Origin: an uncultured Candidatus Rokubacteria bacterium
Lineage (GTDB): Bacteria; Methylomirabilota; Methylomirabilia; Rokubacteriales; CSP1-6
Direction: 5' to 3'
DNA: 64,000 bases
Assembly (NCBI GenBank): GCA_963754315.1
Contig: CAVWFS010000018.1
Span: forward strand, 576,001 to 640,000
Part shown: in pieces, positions 37,700 to 48,701 of the stretch
How positions within the stretch are numbered: the first letter of the stretch is position 1
How the letters are laid out: each line of letters opens with the position of its first letter
Notes under the pieces: model-generated
Databases searched by the model: none
What the model was told of the DNA's origin: nothing
The model's input: the letters and a program-made list of their open reading frames with translations, nothing else
Position numbers and translations under genes: made by a program

Positions 37700-38831
37700 G
37701 CATCCATCCTCCCGCGCGGTCGCGTAGACGGAGCACATTGAAGGTGGTGACGGGGCGCAGGAAGCCTTTGAGGTTGAGTTCGCCGACCGGCTCCACCTCG
37801 ACGAGGTCCTCCACGGTTCCCAGAAAGCGCTGGGAGACGAGGATCTGACCGGCACGGGCTTCTCCGCAGAGGCGAGCGGCGAGGTTCGTCACGGTGCCGA
37901 TGGCGCCATAGTCCAGGCGCCCCTCGAAACCGATGGCGCCGATGGTGGCGTAGCCCTGGGCAATGCCCAAGCCGACGTTGAGGTCGTAGCCGCGCTTCTG
38001 CCAACGTACTGCGAGCGCCCCCACCCCATCACGAATGGCGACCGCCATGCGAAGGGCGCGGAGAGCCGGGTCAGGCACGGGCACAGGATCATTAAAGAAA
38101 ATCATGAGCCCATCCCCTGTGAATCGCTCGAGGGTCCCCTCATGGGTGAGGATGTAAGTCCCCATTTCTGCATGGTATTCACGCAGTACACCCATGACCT
38201 CCTCGGGGTCGGCTGTCTCCGCGAACGCTGTGAACCCTCGGAGGTCGACAAAGACCACCGTGACTTCGCGCCGGTGGCTCTTGAGGGGATCCTCGGCGTC
38301 GCCGGCCACGATCAGGTCGGCAAGGTGCGGAGAAAAGAAGCGCTTGAGGCGGGCGAGCCGATCGAGCTGCCCGACCTGGTCGGCCACGCGCTGCTCCAAG
38401 GTGCGGTTCAGCTCGGCCAGCTCCCTCGCTTGCGCCTGCACGGTGTCGTAGAGCTGCTTGATCCGGAGCAGGGAGCGGACGCGGGCCAGCAGCTCGGGCT
38501 GGTTGATGGGTTTGCTCAGGAAGTCGTCGGCGCCGGCCTCCAGCCCCTTGATGCGCTCCTGGGCGGGATCGAGGGCCGTGACCATGACCACCGGGAGGAT
38601 CTCGGTGTCGGGATGGGCGCGAATCTTCTGGCAGACCTCGTAGCCACTCATCCCGGGCATGACCACGTCGAGCAAGATGAGGTCGGGCGGCGCCGATCCG
38701 ATGAGGCGGAGCGCCTCGGCCCCTGACGAGGCCGTGATGACCTTGTAACCACGACCAGTCAGGAGAGCCTCGAGCAAGAGAACGTTCTGCGGCGTGTCGT
38801 CCACCACCAGGATGGTCGCCGCTTCCCTCAT
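37700..38831 (-). CDS. Receiver-domain class III adenylate/guanylate cyclase (true stop not resolved)
   Basis: ILVVDD...LLDVVMPG...DDFLSKP, then FVDLRGFT, FTGDGLMIFF, GTVTNLAARL. The frame runs on antisense into the next gene. Confidence 0.85.
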
Positions 38832-39225
38832 GGCGACGTCTGATGACGCGGCTGCTCGAGCAGCCTCCGCACGGCCTCCAGAAGCTCCCGCACGCTGATC
38901 GGCTTTGTCTGGTAACCGTCGAAGCCGGCGGCGAGGATGCGAGGGCGATCGTGTGTCATGGCGGAGGCGGTGACCGCCATGACCGGGATGCCCTGGGTGG
39001 CCGGGTCGCGCCCGCAGGTGCTGGAGGGCTTCGATGCCGTCCATGCCGGGGAGTTGAATGTCCATCAGGATCAGGGCAGGTCGTGATTCCTTGGCCAGGC
39101 GGATGCCTTCCTCGGCCGTCACGGCTTCAGTCGTCTGGTAGCCCGTAGCTTGGAGCACGTCACGCACGAGCATGCGACTCGGCTCGTTGTCCTCGACGAT
39201 CAGGATCAGCGCTGGTGGCCGTCAT
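38828..39225 (-). CDS. Single-domain response regulator (DivK-like), frameshifted in this sequence
   Basis: [19 protein letters not shown] and VTASAM...GFDGYQTKP occur across shifting frames. ATGA overlaps at both ends. Confidence 0.75.
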
Positions 39226-41066
39226 CGGCGGGGAATGGTGAAGGTGAAGGTCGCAGCCGCGGCCGACCTTGCTCTCGACCGAGAGGCGCCCGCCGTGAAG
39301 CTCGACGAAGCGCTTGGCCAGCGGAAGGCCGAGGCCCGTTCCCTCACGCGGCCGGCCCTCGCGCGCGCCCACCTGGCGAAATTCCTCGAAGATGCGCTTG
39401 CTGATCCTCCTCCGCGATCCCGATGCCGGTGTCGGTCACCGAGATTTCGACATGGCCGTCGCTGCGGGCGGGCTGCCGACTGTCGACCCGGCCTCCTTCG
39501 GGGGTGAACTTGACGGCGTTGGCGAGGAGGTTGAGCAGGATCTGCTTGAGCTTGCGCTCGTCAGCGGTGAGCGATCCGAGTTGCGTTGTCGAGTGCGGTG
39601 CGTGATGGTGACACCGTGACGAGCCGCGCGGTCGCTGACGAGGGCCAGGCGTGTTCTGCACGGCGCAGCGGGCAGATCGAAGGCGGCCAGCTCCAGCTCC
39701 ATGCGGCCGGCTTCGATCTTGGAGAGGTCGAGGATGTCGTTGATGAGGGAGAGCAGGTGGCGGCCGGAGGCCAGGATGACCTCGACGTACTCGCGTCTGC
39801 TTGGCGATTCACGTCGCCGAACATGCGGTCGCGCAGCACCTCGGAGAAGCCGATGACCGAGTTGAGCGGCGTGCGCAGCTCGTGGGACATGTTGGCCAGG
39901 AACTCGCTCTTGTGCCGGCTCGCCACCTCGAGTTCCCGGCTCTTCTGGGCCAGCTCGCGCGTGCGCTCGTCGATGCGTTGCTCGAGAGTCGCGTACGATT
40001 CCTGAAGCCGGGCCGCCATGCGATTGAACTCCTCCGCCAGCACTTGCAACTCGTCGCCGGTCTTCACGTCAAGACGGTACTCGAGATCCCCGCTGCCGAT
40101 CCTGGCGGCGCCCTGGCGGAGGGCCTCCACGGGCCGGACGATCCGACGTCCGATGAGGAGGCTGGCCAGGACCGCCACGCCGAGCCCGACCAGAACGAGG
40201 ATCGACGTGCGCAGGATCGAGCCGTAGAGAGGCGCGTACGCCTCGGCCAGGGGACGCTCGACCACCACTGCCCAGCCGAGGCCCGGGATTGGTGCGAAGG
40301 CGGGCAGAACCTTCTCGCCGGTCAGGCTCGGCTGTGGCGGCAAGACTCCCGGGGTGCCAGCGAGAGCGGCCTGGACCTGGCCGAACTCGCGCAAATTGCG
40401 CTTCTCGAGAACGAAGCTGAGGTCGGGATGGGCGATCAAGTCGCCGGCCGGGGAGACGACATAGGCGTATCCGGCTTTCCCTACCGCGATGCCCGAGACG
40501 ACGTCGCGGACGTAGGTCAGATTGACCTCAGCCACGAGCACTCCCAGAATCTCACCGCCCACGGGTTCGATGGGGATGGCGACCGTCATATATGGTTCTG
40601 ACTCGCGGACGAAATACACAGGACCGAGAAAGGTCTTCCCGGCCCTCGCGCTGAGGAAGGCAGGATCCCCGCTTCGGTCTGTCAGGTCTTCCGGGAGAAT
40701 CGGCCGCACGCGGGACACTCTCAGGCGCTCGCGACCGGCCTCATCTACCGCGGCCGCCTCGGTGATGGCTGGCGCCGTCTTAAGAAGCTTAAGTAGCTCG
40801 AACCGGTACGCGTCGGTGAGCCCGCCGACCACGACGTCCTGCCCTTGGGCGGCCGCACGCATGGTCCTCTCGATGTCGGCAATGAACTGCTGGATCTTGG
40901 CGGCGGCCCCTCGAGCCATCTCCGCCTGCAGTGTCTCAATAGCCTCGACGCTCTCGCGGTAGCGGAAGAAGAGCTCCAAAGCCCCGCTGGTGAGGAGTCC
41001 GCCGCTCACCAGGACAACCGCGATGACCAGGGTTCGCCGAAGCAGACGGCCCGGCGGCGGCGTCAT
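39222..41066 (-). CDS. Sensor histidine kinase (dCache-like + HAMP + HisKA + HATPase), several frameshifts in 39230-39800
   Basis: TM-periplasmic-[49 protein letters not shown]. Confidence 0.85.
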
Positions 41067-42036
41067 CGGATGATCCGGTCCGCCTGGTACAGGACTTCTC
41101 GAGGAATGGTGAGACCGAGAACCTTCGCCGTCTTTAGGTTGATGGTGAACTCGATCTTCGAGCTGACCTCGATCGGGATCGTCGCCGGCTTGATGCCTTT
41201 GATGATTTTGTCGACGAGACGCGCCGCCTGACGACCCGAAGCGTGCCAGTTTGGACCGTAATTGGCCAGACCTCCCCGTTCGACGTAGAAGCTCCCCATG
41301 AACATCGACGGGACGGCGAGCCGCGAGGCGGCCTCCAAGACGAGTCCGGGAATATTCGACGTAAGCGAGTTCGGCCCGAGCATTCCGTCGACCTCACCTC
41401 GCTGCAGCTGAGAGAACAAGGCTTCGGCTGCGACCCGCCCGCGGATTGGTCGTTCGACGAGCGTCAAACCGAGGCGGTGGGCCCCCTCGCGATACGCGGC
41501 GGCCTCGGCGCCGGAATAGCGATCTGCCGAGTCGTAAGCGAAAAGGACCCGGCGGAGCCCAGGGACGATCTCCCGAAACATCTCCAGGCGTTTGGCGGCA
41601 AGCTCGAGATCCAGGTCGGTGATGCCGGTGAGATTGCCGCCAGGGCGGGCGTAGCTGTGGGCCAATCCTCGTCGTACCGGATCGCCGCCGGTTATCATGA
41701 CAATGGGGATCTGAGTAGTGCGGCAAGGGCGGCCAGCGCGGAGTCGCCCTCGCCCGCGACGAGGATGTCCGCTCCCTGCGTAAGGAGGTCGCGGGCGGCG
41801 GCCTCGAACCCGGCAACGTCACCGCCTGTGAAGCGCACCCCGATGACGAAGTCCTCGCCCTCGCGGTACCCGAGCTCGAGCAAGCCTTCTCGCAGCCCGA
41901 CGAACCCTGGCGTCCAGCCCCAGGACACCGTGAGGCCGCCGATCCGTACGGGTCGCGCCCGTCCCTGGGCGAGCGCTGCCGGAAGCCCGCAAGTGAGCGC
42001 GATCAGCAGCGCGATACCGAGTGCGCGCCAGCGCAA
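41063..42036 (-). CDS. ABC-type substrate-binding protein with no cognate transporter (frameshift at ~41715)
   Basis: Signal peptide, LRDG-like [41 protein letters not shown]. Confidence 0.82.
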
Positions 42037-42040
42037 CGCG

Positions 42041-42633
42041 TCAGTTCTTCGCGGCGACCTCGCGCGCCGCCTTCAGGAGAACCTCGTTCGGGAAGACGGA
42101 CATGTCCTCGCCAATCCAGCGGCCCCGGACGATGCCCTGGCGGTCGATGAGAAAGAAGGCCCGCTTGGAGACGAGTCCGGCCAGCTCGGGATAGTCGCTT
42201 TTACCGGTCGTTTTGCCGTAGACGACACCGTAGGCACGAGTGGTCTTGAGACCGAGGTCGCTCAGCAGTGGGTAGGGCAGCTTCAGTGAATCGGCGAGCG
42301 CCTTCTGCGAGAACGGGTTGTCCACGCTGATACCTAGGATCTGGATGCCGAGCCCTGCGAACTTCTCGTAGTCGGCCTTCCTGGCCGTCAGGTTATCCAT
42401 TCAGACCGGGGCAAAGTCCGCCCCATAGAACTCGATCGAGCACCGCCTTCTTGCCCTGGAACTGGCTCAAGCTGACCTTTTCCCCAGTGGTGCTGGGGAG
42501 CGTGAAGTTTGGCGCTTTCTTACCCACCTCGAGAGCAGCAGCCGGCTCTGGGTCGGAGCTCCGCCGAACACCCCCAGGACTACAAGGGTCAGACCAACGA
42601 GGCGCACGAGCCCTTCAGAAGTTCAGTCCGCAT
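42041..42633 (-). CDS. AhpC/TSA peroxiredoxin-like protein with signal peptide, putative selenoprotein (TGA at 42401-42403); 5' part has apparent frameshifts
   Basis: RBS AGGAGGAGG. LEVGKKAPNFTLPSTTGEKVSLSQFQGKK...IEFYGADFAPV-TGA-MDNLTAR...ILGISVD...PLLSD...RAFFLIDRQGIVR. Confidence 0.8.
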
Positions 42634-42813
42634 AACTTCTTCCTCCTCCTTGCAGGCCTCAGCACAATGATAGCAACCCCACGATGTGCTTACCTTGTGC
42701 CATCGGCTCAGCCAACGTGTCTACTACCCCGTGCGTCGCTCAGAGCAGCCATCTCGGCGTGACGCTCCTAGGCTCCACTTTACGTATTCTACTGAGTCCT
42801 GCATTATACAGAC

Positions 42814-43080
42814 ATGAAACAGCGTATCTCCGCAACCGAGTTGGCGCGACGACTGGGCGATGTGCTGGGACGGATTCGCTACCGAGGGGAGTCATTTGTC
42901 ATCGAGCGCAACGGCACAGCGGTGGCGCGGCTGGTGCCCTTGCCCGAGCAGTCAACGACGACCGTGCGTGAAGCGCTGGCGGCTTGGCGGGGGACCGGGC
43001 GTCCTGACGGAGCTTTGGCGGCGGCACTCGAAGCAGTAGGACACGCGGATCAACCACCGGATAATCCATGGGGCTCGTGA
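42814..43080 (+). CDS. Phd/YefM-family antitoxin
   Basis: [17 protein letters not shown]...[15 protein letters not shown]. Confidence 0.85.
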   Translation: MKQRISATELARRLGDVLGRIRYRGESFVIERNGTAVARLVPLPEQSTTTVREALAAWRGTGRPDGALAAALEAVGHADQPPDNPWGS

Positions 43081-43484
43081 TCGACACGAGCGCCCTGGCG
43101 GCGGTCGAGCGCGCGGCGGGCTCCTGGGGCGAGGCGTTGGCATCGTTTGGCAACGAGCCCGCTGCGCTTCCTGCGATCGTGTACGCCGAGCTCTTGGTCG
43201 GGGTGCACTTGGCTCAGGGCCCAGGCCGCGCGGAGGGCCGTCGAGTCAAGATCCGTTCCCTGCTGTCGGCGTTACCCATCGTGGACTTCACCGCCGAGGT
43301 TGCCGAGCACTGGGCCGCGTTGTTCACAACGCTGAGCCGGCGTGGCCAGCTCATTCCGGCCAATGACTTGGCGGTGGCCGCCACCGCCAAGCATCTTGGC
43401 TTCGGCGTGGTCGTCGGTCCCCGGGACGAGCGTCACTTCCGAGCTGTGCCCGGGCTCCGCGTGGAGGTGCTGAGCTTCGAGTGA
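43068..43484 (+). CDS. vapC: PIN-domain (VapC-type) toxin
   Basis: [28 protein letters not shown]. Confidence 0.88.
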   Translation: MGLVIDTSALAAVERAAGSWGEALASFGNEPAALPAIVYAELLVGVHLAQGPGRAEGRRVKIRSLLSALPIVDFTAEVAEHWAALFTTLSRRGQLIPANDLAVAATAKHLGFGVVVGPRDERHFRAVPGLRVEVLSFE

Positions 43485-43924
43485 CAGCCGCTCTCGGCGG
43501 CATTTCGCCCGGACGTCTGAGCGGGGTATTCGGGCATTCTGGGCGGCGCCCAGATCAGGAAGATCTTGTCGAAAGCCACCTCGAGTGGCGGGGCGACCGC
43601 AAACGGCGCGCGCATGCGCTGGACGAGAGGAACAGGGCTTGGCCGCGGCCAGGAGCGCGGGCGGTCGAGCGCAATCGCCTGGCTTGGTGCCCCGATCTCG
43701 GCGGCGACACCGAGGCTGCACCGGAAGTAAGCCATATTGCCTCATACACACTGACTGACTACCCTATACACATTAGGGAGGAGCGTGATGCGCACGAATG
43801 TCCGTGATTGGCCGCGAAGCCACACGAGGTTCTCCCGGCTCAGGGTCACCGAGATCCGCTGCTTCCGCATACGATATTTCATCAGATGATTAATCGTGGC
43901 TGGGGCCGTCAAGGCCGCGCGCCC

Positions 43925-44629
43925 CTACAGACCGAGATATGCGCGCTTGAGACGCTCGTCGCCCAGCAGGTCGCGGGCGGGGCCGGACAGCACGAGCTTG
44001 CCGCTCTCCAGCACGAAAGCACGGTGGGCGATGGTGAGGGCCTGGCGGACGTTCTGCTCCACGAGCAGCACCGTGACCCCGTCCGCGTTGATGGCCTTGA
44101 CCGTCTCGAAGATGCGGGAGACGAGGACGGGGGCTAGGCCCAGGGTCGGCTCGTCCAGCATGAGCAGCCGGGGGCGCGACATGAGGGCCCGGCCGATGGC
44201 GCACATCTGTTGCTCGCCTCCCGACAGCGAGCCCGCGAGCTGGACACCACGCTCGCGCAGCACGGGGAAGAGCGAGTACACGTAGTCCAGCGTGCTGGAC
44301 GTGGCGGCCCGAGCGTGCCCGGTATGGGCGCCGAGCAGTAGGTTTTCCCGCACGGTCATGAATGGAAAGAGGCGCCGCCCCTCGGGGACCTGGACGATCC
44401 CGCTCTCAACACGCCGATGTGCTGAAACCGCACTCAGATCCTGATCGGCGAACAGCACGCGCCCGCCGCGCGGCGCGACCAGGCCTGAGATGACCCGCAG
44501 GGTGGTCGACTTGCCGGCCGCGTTGGCGCCGACCAGGGCGATGATCTCCTTCTCGCGCACTTCGAGGGAGATGCCGAAGAGCGCTTGCAGATCGCCGTAG
44601 AAGGCGTCGATCGTCTCAAGCTTCAGCAA
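43925..44629 (-). CDS. livF: HAAT-family ABC transporter ATPase (LivF-like)
   Basis: GANAAGKST, VPEGRRLF, LSGGEQQM, LDEPTLGLAP. Confidence 0.9.
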   Translation of the reverse strand: MLKLETIDAFYGDLQALFGISLEVREKEIIALVGANAAGKSTTLRVISGLVAPRGGRVLFADQDLSAVSAHRRVESGIVQVPEGRRLFPFMTVRENLLLGAHTGHARAATSSTLDYVYSLFPVLRERGVQLAGSLSGGEQQMCAIGRALMSRPRLLMLDEPTLGLAPVLVSRIFETVKAINADGVTVLLVEQNVRQALTIAHRAFVLESGKLVLSGPARDLLGDERLKRAYLGL

Positions 44630-45341
44630 GGGAGAACTCCTCGCCGAGGTAGGCATCGATCACCCGGCGATCGCTGGCGATCTCTACCGGCGTCCCCTCG
44701 GCGATGCGCTCGCCGTGGTGGAGGACCACGATCCGCTGCGCCAGACGCATCATGGCGGCCATGACGTGCTCGATCACGATCAGAGTCAGGCCGTCGGCGT
44801 GCAGGCGGCGGATCAGCTCGATCATGCCGGCCAGCTCGGTGGGATTGATCCCCGACATCACCTCGTCGAGCAAGAGCAACCGCGGCCGGGTGGCCAGGGC
44901 CCGGGCGACCTCCAGCCGCTTGCGCAACCCGATGGGGAGCGCCTTGGCGTGGGCCGAGGCATAGGAGGCGAGCCCGCACGTCTCGATCACCTGCTCTGCT
45001 TCCGCGCGCGCCTCCCGCACGCGGGCCACGCGGGTGAGGGCCCCGATGGTGACGTTTTCCAGCACGGACAGGTTGCCGAAGGGCTTGACGATCTGAAAGG
45101 TTCGGGTGAGGCCGCGCCGGCAAATGAGGTGTGGCGCCAGTCCCGTGACGTCGCTCCCGTCGAGCTGGATGCGTCCCTCCTCCGGCCGGTAGTAGCCGGA
45201 GATCACATTGAAGAGCGTGGTCTTGCCGGCTCCGTTGGGCCCGATGATGCCCAGCAGGTCGCCCTGACGCACCTCGAAGCTCACGTCGCGTACCGCGATC
45301 AGTCCACCGAAGCGCTTGGTCACACGCTCCAGGGTCAGCAT
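44616..45341 (-). CDS. livG: HAAT-family ABC transporter ATPase (LivG-like)
   Basis: KRFGGL, GPNGAGKTT, RTFQ, LLDE, IEH, AYLG. Confidence 0.9.
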   Translation of the reverse strand: MLTLERVTKRFGGLIAVRDVSFEVRQGDLLGIIGPNGAGKTTLFNVISGYYRPEEGRIQLDGSDVTGLAPHLICRRGLTRTFQIVKPFGNLSVLENVTIGALTRVARVREARAEAEQVIETCGLASYASAHAKALPIGLRKRLEVARALATRPRLLLLDEVMSGINPTELAGMIELIRRLHADGLTLIVIEHVMAAMMRLAQRIVVLHHGERIAEGTPVEIASDRRVIDAYLGEEFSLAEA

Positions 45342-45383
45342 GCCTGGTCGCCGAGCGGGCTCGCGGTCATGACGGGCTATCCA

Positions 45384-46385
45384 TCAGACGGAGCCGGCAG
45401 CGCCCACGGCCCGAGCGCGGCTGAGGCGGGTCGCCCGCCAGCGGTGGGCGATACCGGCCAGGCCCTCGGGGAAGAAGCGCACCACGATGATGAGGACGGC
45501 TCCGTAAAGGATCAGGTAGATGCCCGTGAAGCCCGTCTTGAGCCCCGAGAACTGGGCGCGCAGATACGTCTCCACGGTGGTGATGAGCATGGAGCCGAGG
45601 TAGGGACCAAGCGCGGTGCCCGTTCCGCCGATGATGGTGTTGAGGGCGAAACGCACCGAGAGGTCGACCGAGAACACGTAGGCGGGGTCGACGAAGCCCA
45701 CGTACTGGGCCCAGAGGGAACCGCACACGGAGGTGAGACCCGCGCTGGCGGCGATGGCCACCACTTTCAGGCGACGTGAGGCCACGCCGATAGCCTCGGC
45801 CGCGTCCTCGTCCTCCCGCACGCCGGCCAGCTGAAGGCCCAGGCGCGAGCGCTCGAGGTAAATCGCGACGAGGTAGTAGAGGATGGCCACCCCGAGCGCC
45901 ATGTAGACCCACGCCACGTGACCCAGTCCCAGGGTGGCAAAGCCAGGACGAAACGGAACCGGAATACCCTCGGCACCCGCCGTGAAGCCGCGCCAGCGAC
46001 TCACGGCGATGAGCAGAACTTGAGAGAACGCGATCGTCGAGAGAGCGAAGTAGGGACCCCGCAGTCGGTTCGAGAGGAAGCCGATGACGAGCCCGGCCAC
46101 GAGTGCCAGCCCGACGCCTAACAGCATCCCCAACCACGGATTGCGCCCGAAGCGCGTCACCATGAGGGCGGCAGAGTAGGCGCCGATCCCGAAGAAGGCG
46201 GCGTGGCCGATGGAGACCTGGCCCGCGTAGCCTCCGGCCACGTTCCAGGCTGCCGAGAGGGAGCCCCACAGGAGGATCAGGACCAGGCTGTCGAGGAAGA
46301 ACGCGTCGCGAACCACCAGCGGGATGAGGGCCGCTACGCCGAAGAACATGACGGCGCCCCGGCGGTGGGCGAGCAGAGCGAGCAT
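45384..46385 (-). CDS. livM: HAAT-family ABC permease (LivM-like)
   Basis: GYAGQVSIGHAAFFGIGAY, LRGPYFAL, IIGGTGT. Confidence 0.9.
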   Translation of the reverse strand: MLALLAHRRGAVMFFGVAALIPLVVRDAFFLDSLVLILLWGSLSAAWNVAGGYAGQVSIGHAAFFGIGAYSAALMVTRFGRNPWLGMLLGVGLALVAGLVIGFLSNRLRGPYFALSTIAFSQVLLIAVSRWRGFTAGAEGIPVPFRPGFATLGLGHVAWVYMALGVAILYYLVAIYLERSRLGLQLAGVREDEDAAEAIGVASRRLKVVAIAASAGLTSVCGSLWAQYVGFVDPAYVFSVDLSVRFALNTIIGGTGTALGPYLGSMLITTVETYLRAQFSGLKTGFTGIYLILYGAVLIIVVRFFPEGLAGIAHRWRATRLSRARAVGAAGSV

Positions 46386-47242
46386 CAGACGCCGAGGGTC
46401 TCGGCGCCGCGCTGACCGAAGAGCCCGGCGGGTCGGAACACGAGCACCAGGATGAAGAGGATGAAGTAGAAGATCTCCTTCCACGCGGCGCCCACGAAGT
46501 AGGATGCCCCCACCTCCACCGCGGCCACGATCAGGCTACCCAGCATGGCTCCCACCATGTCGCCCAGTCCACCCAACACCACCACCACGTAGGCGAGTAG
46601 AACGAACTGCAAACCGGCCGTGGGGTACACGGCGTAGAGAGGCGCGACGAGGACGCCGGCGGCGCCGACGGCGGCGATCCCGATGGCGAACGTGATCCGA
46701 TATACCCGATCGGTGTCGATTCCCATCAGGGTGGCCGCGTCACGATCCTGGGCGGTGGCCCGCATCACGCGTCCGGTATGCGTCCACTTCATGAAGGCGA
46801 ACAGGGCCACGGTCAAGACCATGGCGATGAGGAACGCGACGACCTGGGACAGGTTGAAGGTGGCTCCGGCCGCGCGGATGACCACGTACAGCTCCCAGGG
46901 CCGCACGTAGCGGAAGTCACCGGTGAAGGCCACCAGGGCGACGTTCTGGAGGAGGATGGACAGCGCGAAGGTCGTGAAGATCTGGACGTTGTGCGAGGCG
47001 TGGATGACGCCTCGCATGACGAGCACGTAGGTGAGCAGCCCGATCAGAAAAAAGAGGGGGATGGCAATGACGAGAACGAGGTTGGGGTCGAGGGCGAGCG
47101 CGGTGAACGCCCAGTAGGCGAGGTACATGCCGAGCATGAGGTATTCGCCGTGGGCAAAGTTCACCACGCGCATGACGCCGAAGATGAGGGTGAGGCCGAC
47201 CGCCACCAGGGCATAGATCCCCCCGAGGAGGATCGTCGACAC
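46385..47242 (-). CDS. livH: HAAT-family ABC permease (LivH-like); start may be slightly upstream
   Basis: YALVAVGLTLIFGVMRVVNFAHGE, VVLGGLG. Confidence 0.9.
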   Translation of the reverse strand: MSTILLGGIYALVAVGLTLIFGVMRVVNFAHGEYLMLGMYLAYWAFTALALDPNLVLVIAIPLFFLIGLLTYVLVMRGVIHASHNVQIFTTFALSILLQNVALVAFTGDFRYVRPWELYVVIRAAGATFNLSQVVAFLIAMVLTVALFAFMKWTHTGRVMRATAQDRDAATLMGIDTDRVYRITFAIGIAAVGAAGVLVAPLYAVYPTAGLQFVLLAYVVVVLGGLGDMVGAMLGSLIVAAVEVGASYFVGAAWKEIFYFILFILVLVFRPAGLFGQRGAETLGV

Positions 47243-47296
47243 GATGAGCTGGCCGAGCGCGTCGATAGGGGCGGCGCTCCCCGCGGACTGGCCCGG

Positions 47297-48571
47297 CTAC
47301 TTCCGTTGGTCCCAGGCCGGTAGCGGGATCCACTTGGCCCGGAGCGTCGTGAACTCCTCCGGCCACACCGTCACCAGCTGCCCGTCCTGCCACTGCAGCA
47401 TGTAGTGCTGCACGCGATCGTTGGCATTCTGGCCGACGTCAGAGAACTTGATGCCCCAGCCATTCATGATCGAACCTACCGGCAGGTCAAGCGCCATGAC
47501 CGCCTGACGGAACTTCTCGGGATCGTCGCTCCCGGCCCGGTCCAACACGAGCTTGAGGATCCACAGTCCGCTCCCGGCGAGCTGATGCCCGCCGAGGGGG
47601 ATGCCGCCCGTCTTCTTCTGAACAGCCTCGCGGAAGGCCTTCTCGATGGCTTGTCCCTCGGGCCGTAGAGCCTCGATGCGAAAGCCAGGTCCCGGTTCCA
47701 GGAGGGCGAACACGCCGTTGGCATCGTTGCCGAGGGCCTTGCCGAAGTCGGCCCCGCCATAGCCCGTAGCGCCGGCGTGGACGAGAGCCTTGAACAGGAA
47801 GTTCTGCTCACGCGACTGCCGCCAGAAGAGCACGGCGTCGTTGCCAAAGCCTATGTGATGGACGATGTCGGGCTGGAGCTGCTTGAGTTTCAGCACGACG
47901 GGTGTCATGTCGTTGATGGTCGTCCAGTTGTAATACTCGAGGGCCACTTCCTGCATGCCGAACTCTTGCTTGGCGCGCAGGCGCGCCGACTCCGTCACCC
48001 CCTGCCCGTAGGAGGAGTCCTCGCTGAGAAAGGCGATCTTGAGCTGGTTCGGCTTCATGTTGAAGCGCGGGACCAGGTGCTTGGCGATGAACTCGATGTT
48101 GTACCAGCCGAACCCCGTTGCGTCGATCTCGGTGCGGTAGGCGTTGCGCAACCCTCGCTTGTTGAAGCGCGGGTCGACACAGGAGCTTTCCCAGTAGATG
48201 ACGTTGTGGCGGGCTGCCGCCTCGCTGGCCGCCCCGCACAGGCGCGAGGAGAAGGTGCCGGTGATGATCTTGACTCCTTCCCGGGTGATCAAACGGTTGG
48301 CTTCGGACGCGGCGGCGGTGGGATCGGTGGCGTCGGCCACGGCGAAGACGAGCTTCTTGCCCATCACGCCGCCCCGCTCGTTGATCATGTCGCGGACGAT
48401 CTCGTAGCCTTCCAGATGGCGCTTACCCTCGAAAGCAAGCGGACCAGTCAAAGGCTCGAGGATGCCGATCTTGTACTCCCCAGAGAGCGTCTGGGCACTG
48501 CTGCCGGCGATGAAGACACCAAGCCCGAGCAGCAGGACGAGGGCGGTGAAAGCACAACGACGCGTACGCAT
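47297..48571 (-). CDS. HAAT-family ABC substrate-binding protein
   Basis: Signal peptide, KIGILEPLTG, INERGGV, upstream of the liv permeases. Confidence 0.9.
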   Translation of the reverse strand: MRTRRCAFTALVLLLGLGVFIAGSSAQTLSGEYKIGILEPLTGPLAFEGKRHLEGYEIVRDMINERGGVMGKKLVFAVADATDPTAAASEANRLITREGVKIITGTFSSRLCGAASEAAARHNVIYWESSCVDPRFNKRGLRNAYRTEIDATGFGWYNIEFIAKHLVPRFNMKPNQLKIAFLSEDSSYGQGVTESARLRAKQEFGMQEVALEYYNWTTINDMTPVVLKLKQLQPDIVHHIGFGNDAVLFWRQSREQNFLFKALVHAGATGYGGADFGKALGNDANGVFALLEPGPGFRIEALRPEGQAIEKAFREAVQKKTGGIPLGGHQLAGSGLWILKLVLDRAGSDDPEKFRQAVMALDLPVGSIMNGWGIKFSDVGQNANDRVQHYMLQWQDGQLVTVWPEEFTTLRAKWIPLPAWDQRK

Positions 48572-48637
48572 CGGCAATCCTCCTTGTATCGGCGAGGGCC
48601 ACAACATGTGGCTCGACGGCGGCGGCGACCGTGCTCG

Positions 48638-48695
48638 GTTCTAGCACCCGGCGCGCCGGAGTGTCAAGGAGCGCGGGAGCCGGTGATGCTACACT
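48638..48695. promoter_or_regulatory. Divergent promoter region
   Basis: Minus strand: TTGACA-18 nt-(TGc)TAGAAC. Plus strand: TGcTACACT 6 nt before the GTG at 48702. Confidence 0.55.
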
Positions 48696-48701
48696 CGTCG
48701 C

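Noticed and set aside
36534..39173. 879-aa ORF suggesting a double-receiver cyclase with a long novel C-terminus
   Set aside because: The N-terminal part is a frameshifted separate response regulator, and the tail is antisense to two well-formed plus-strand genes. It is best explained by indels and a lost stop.
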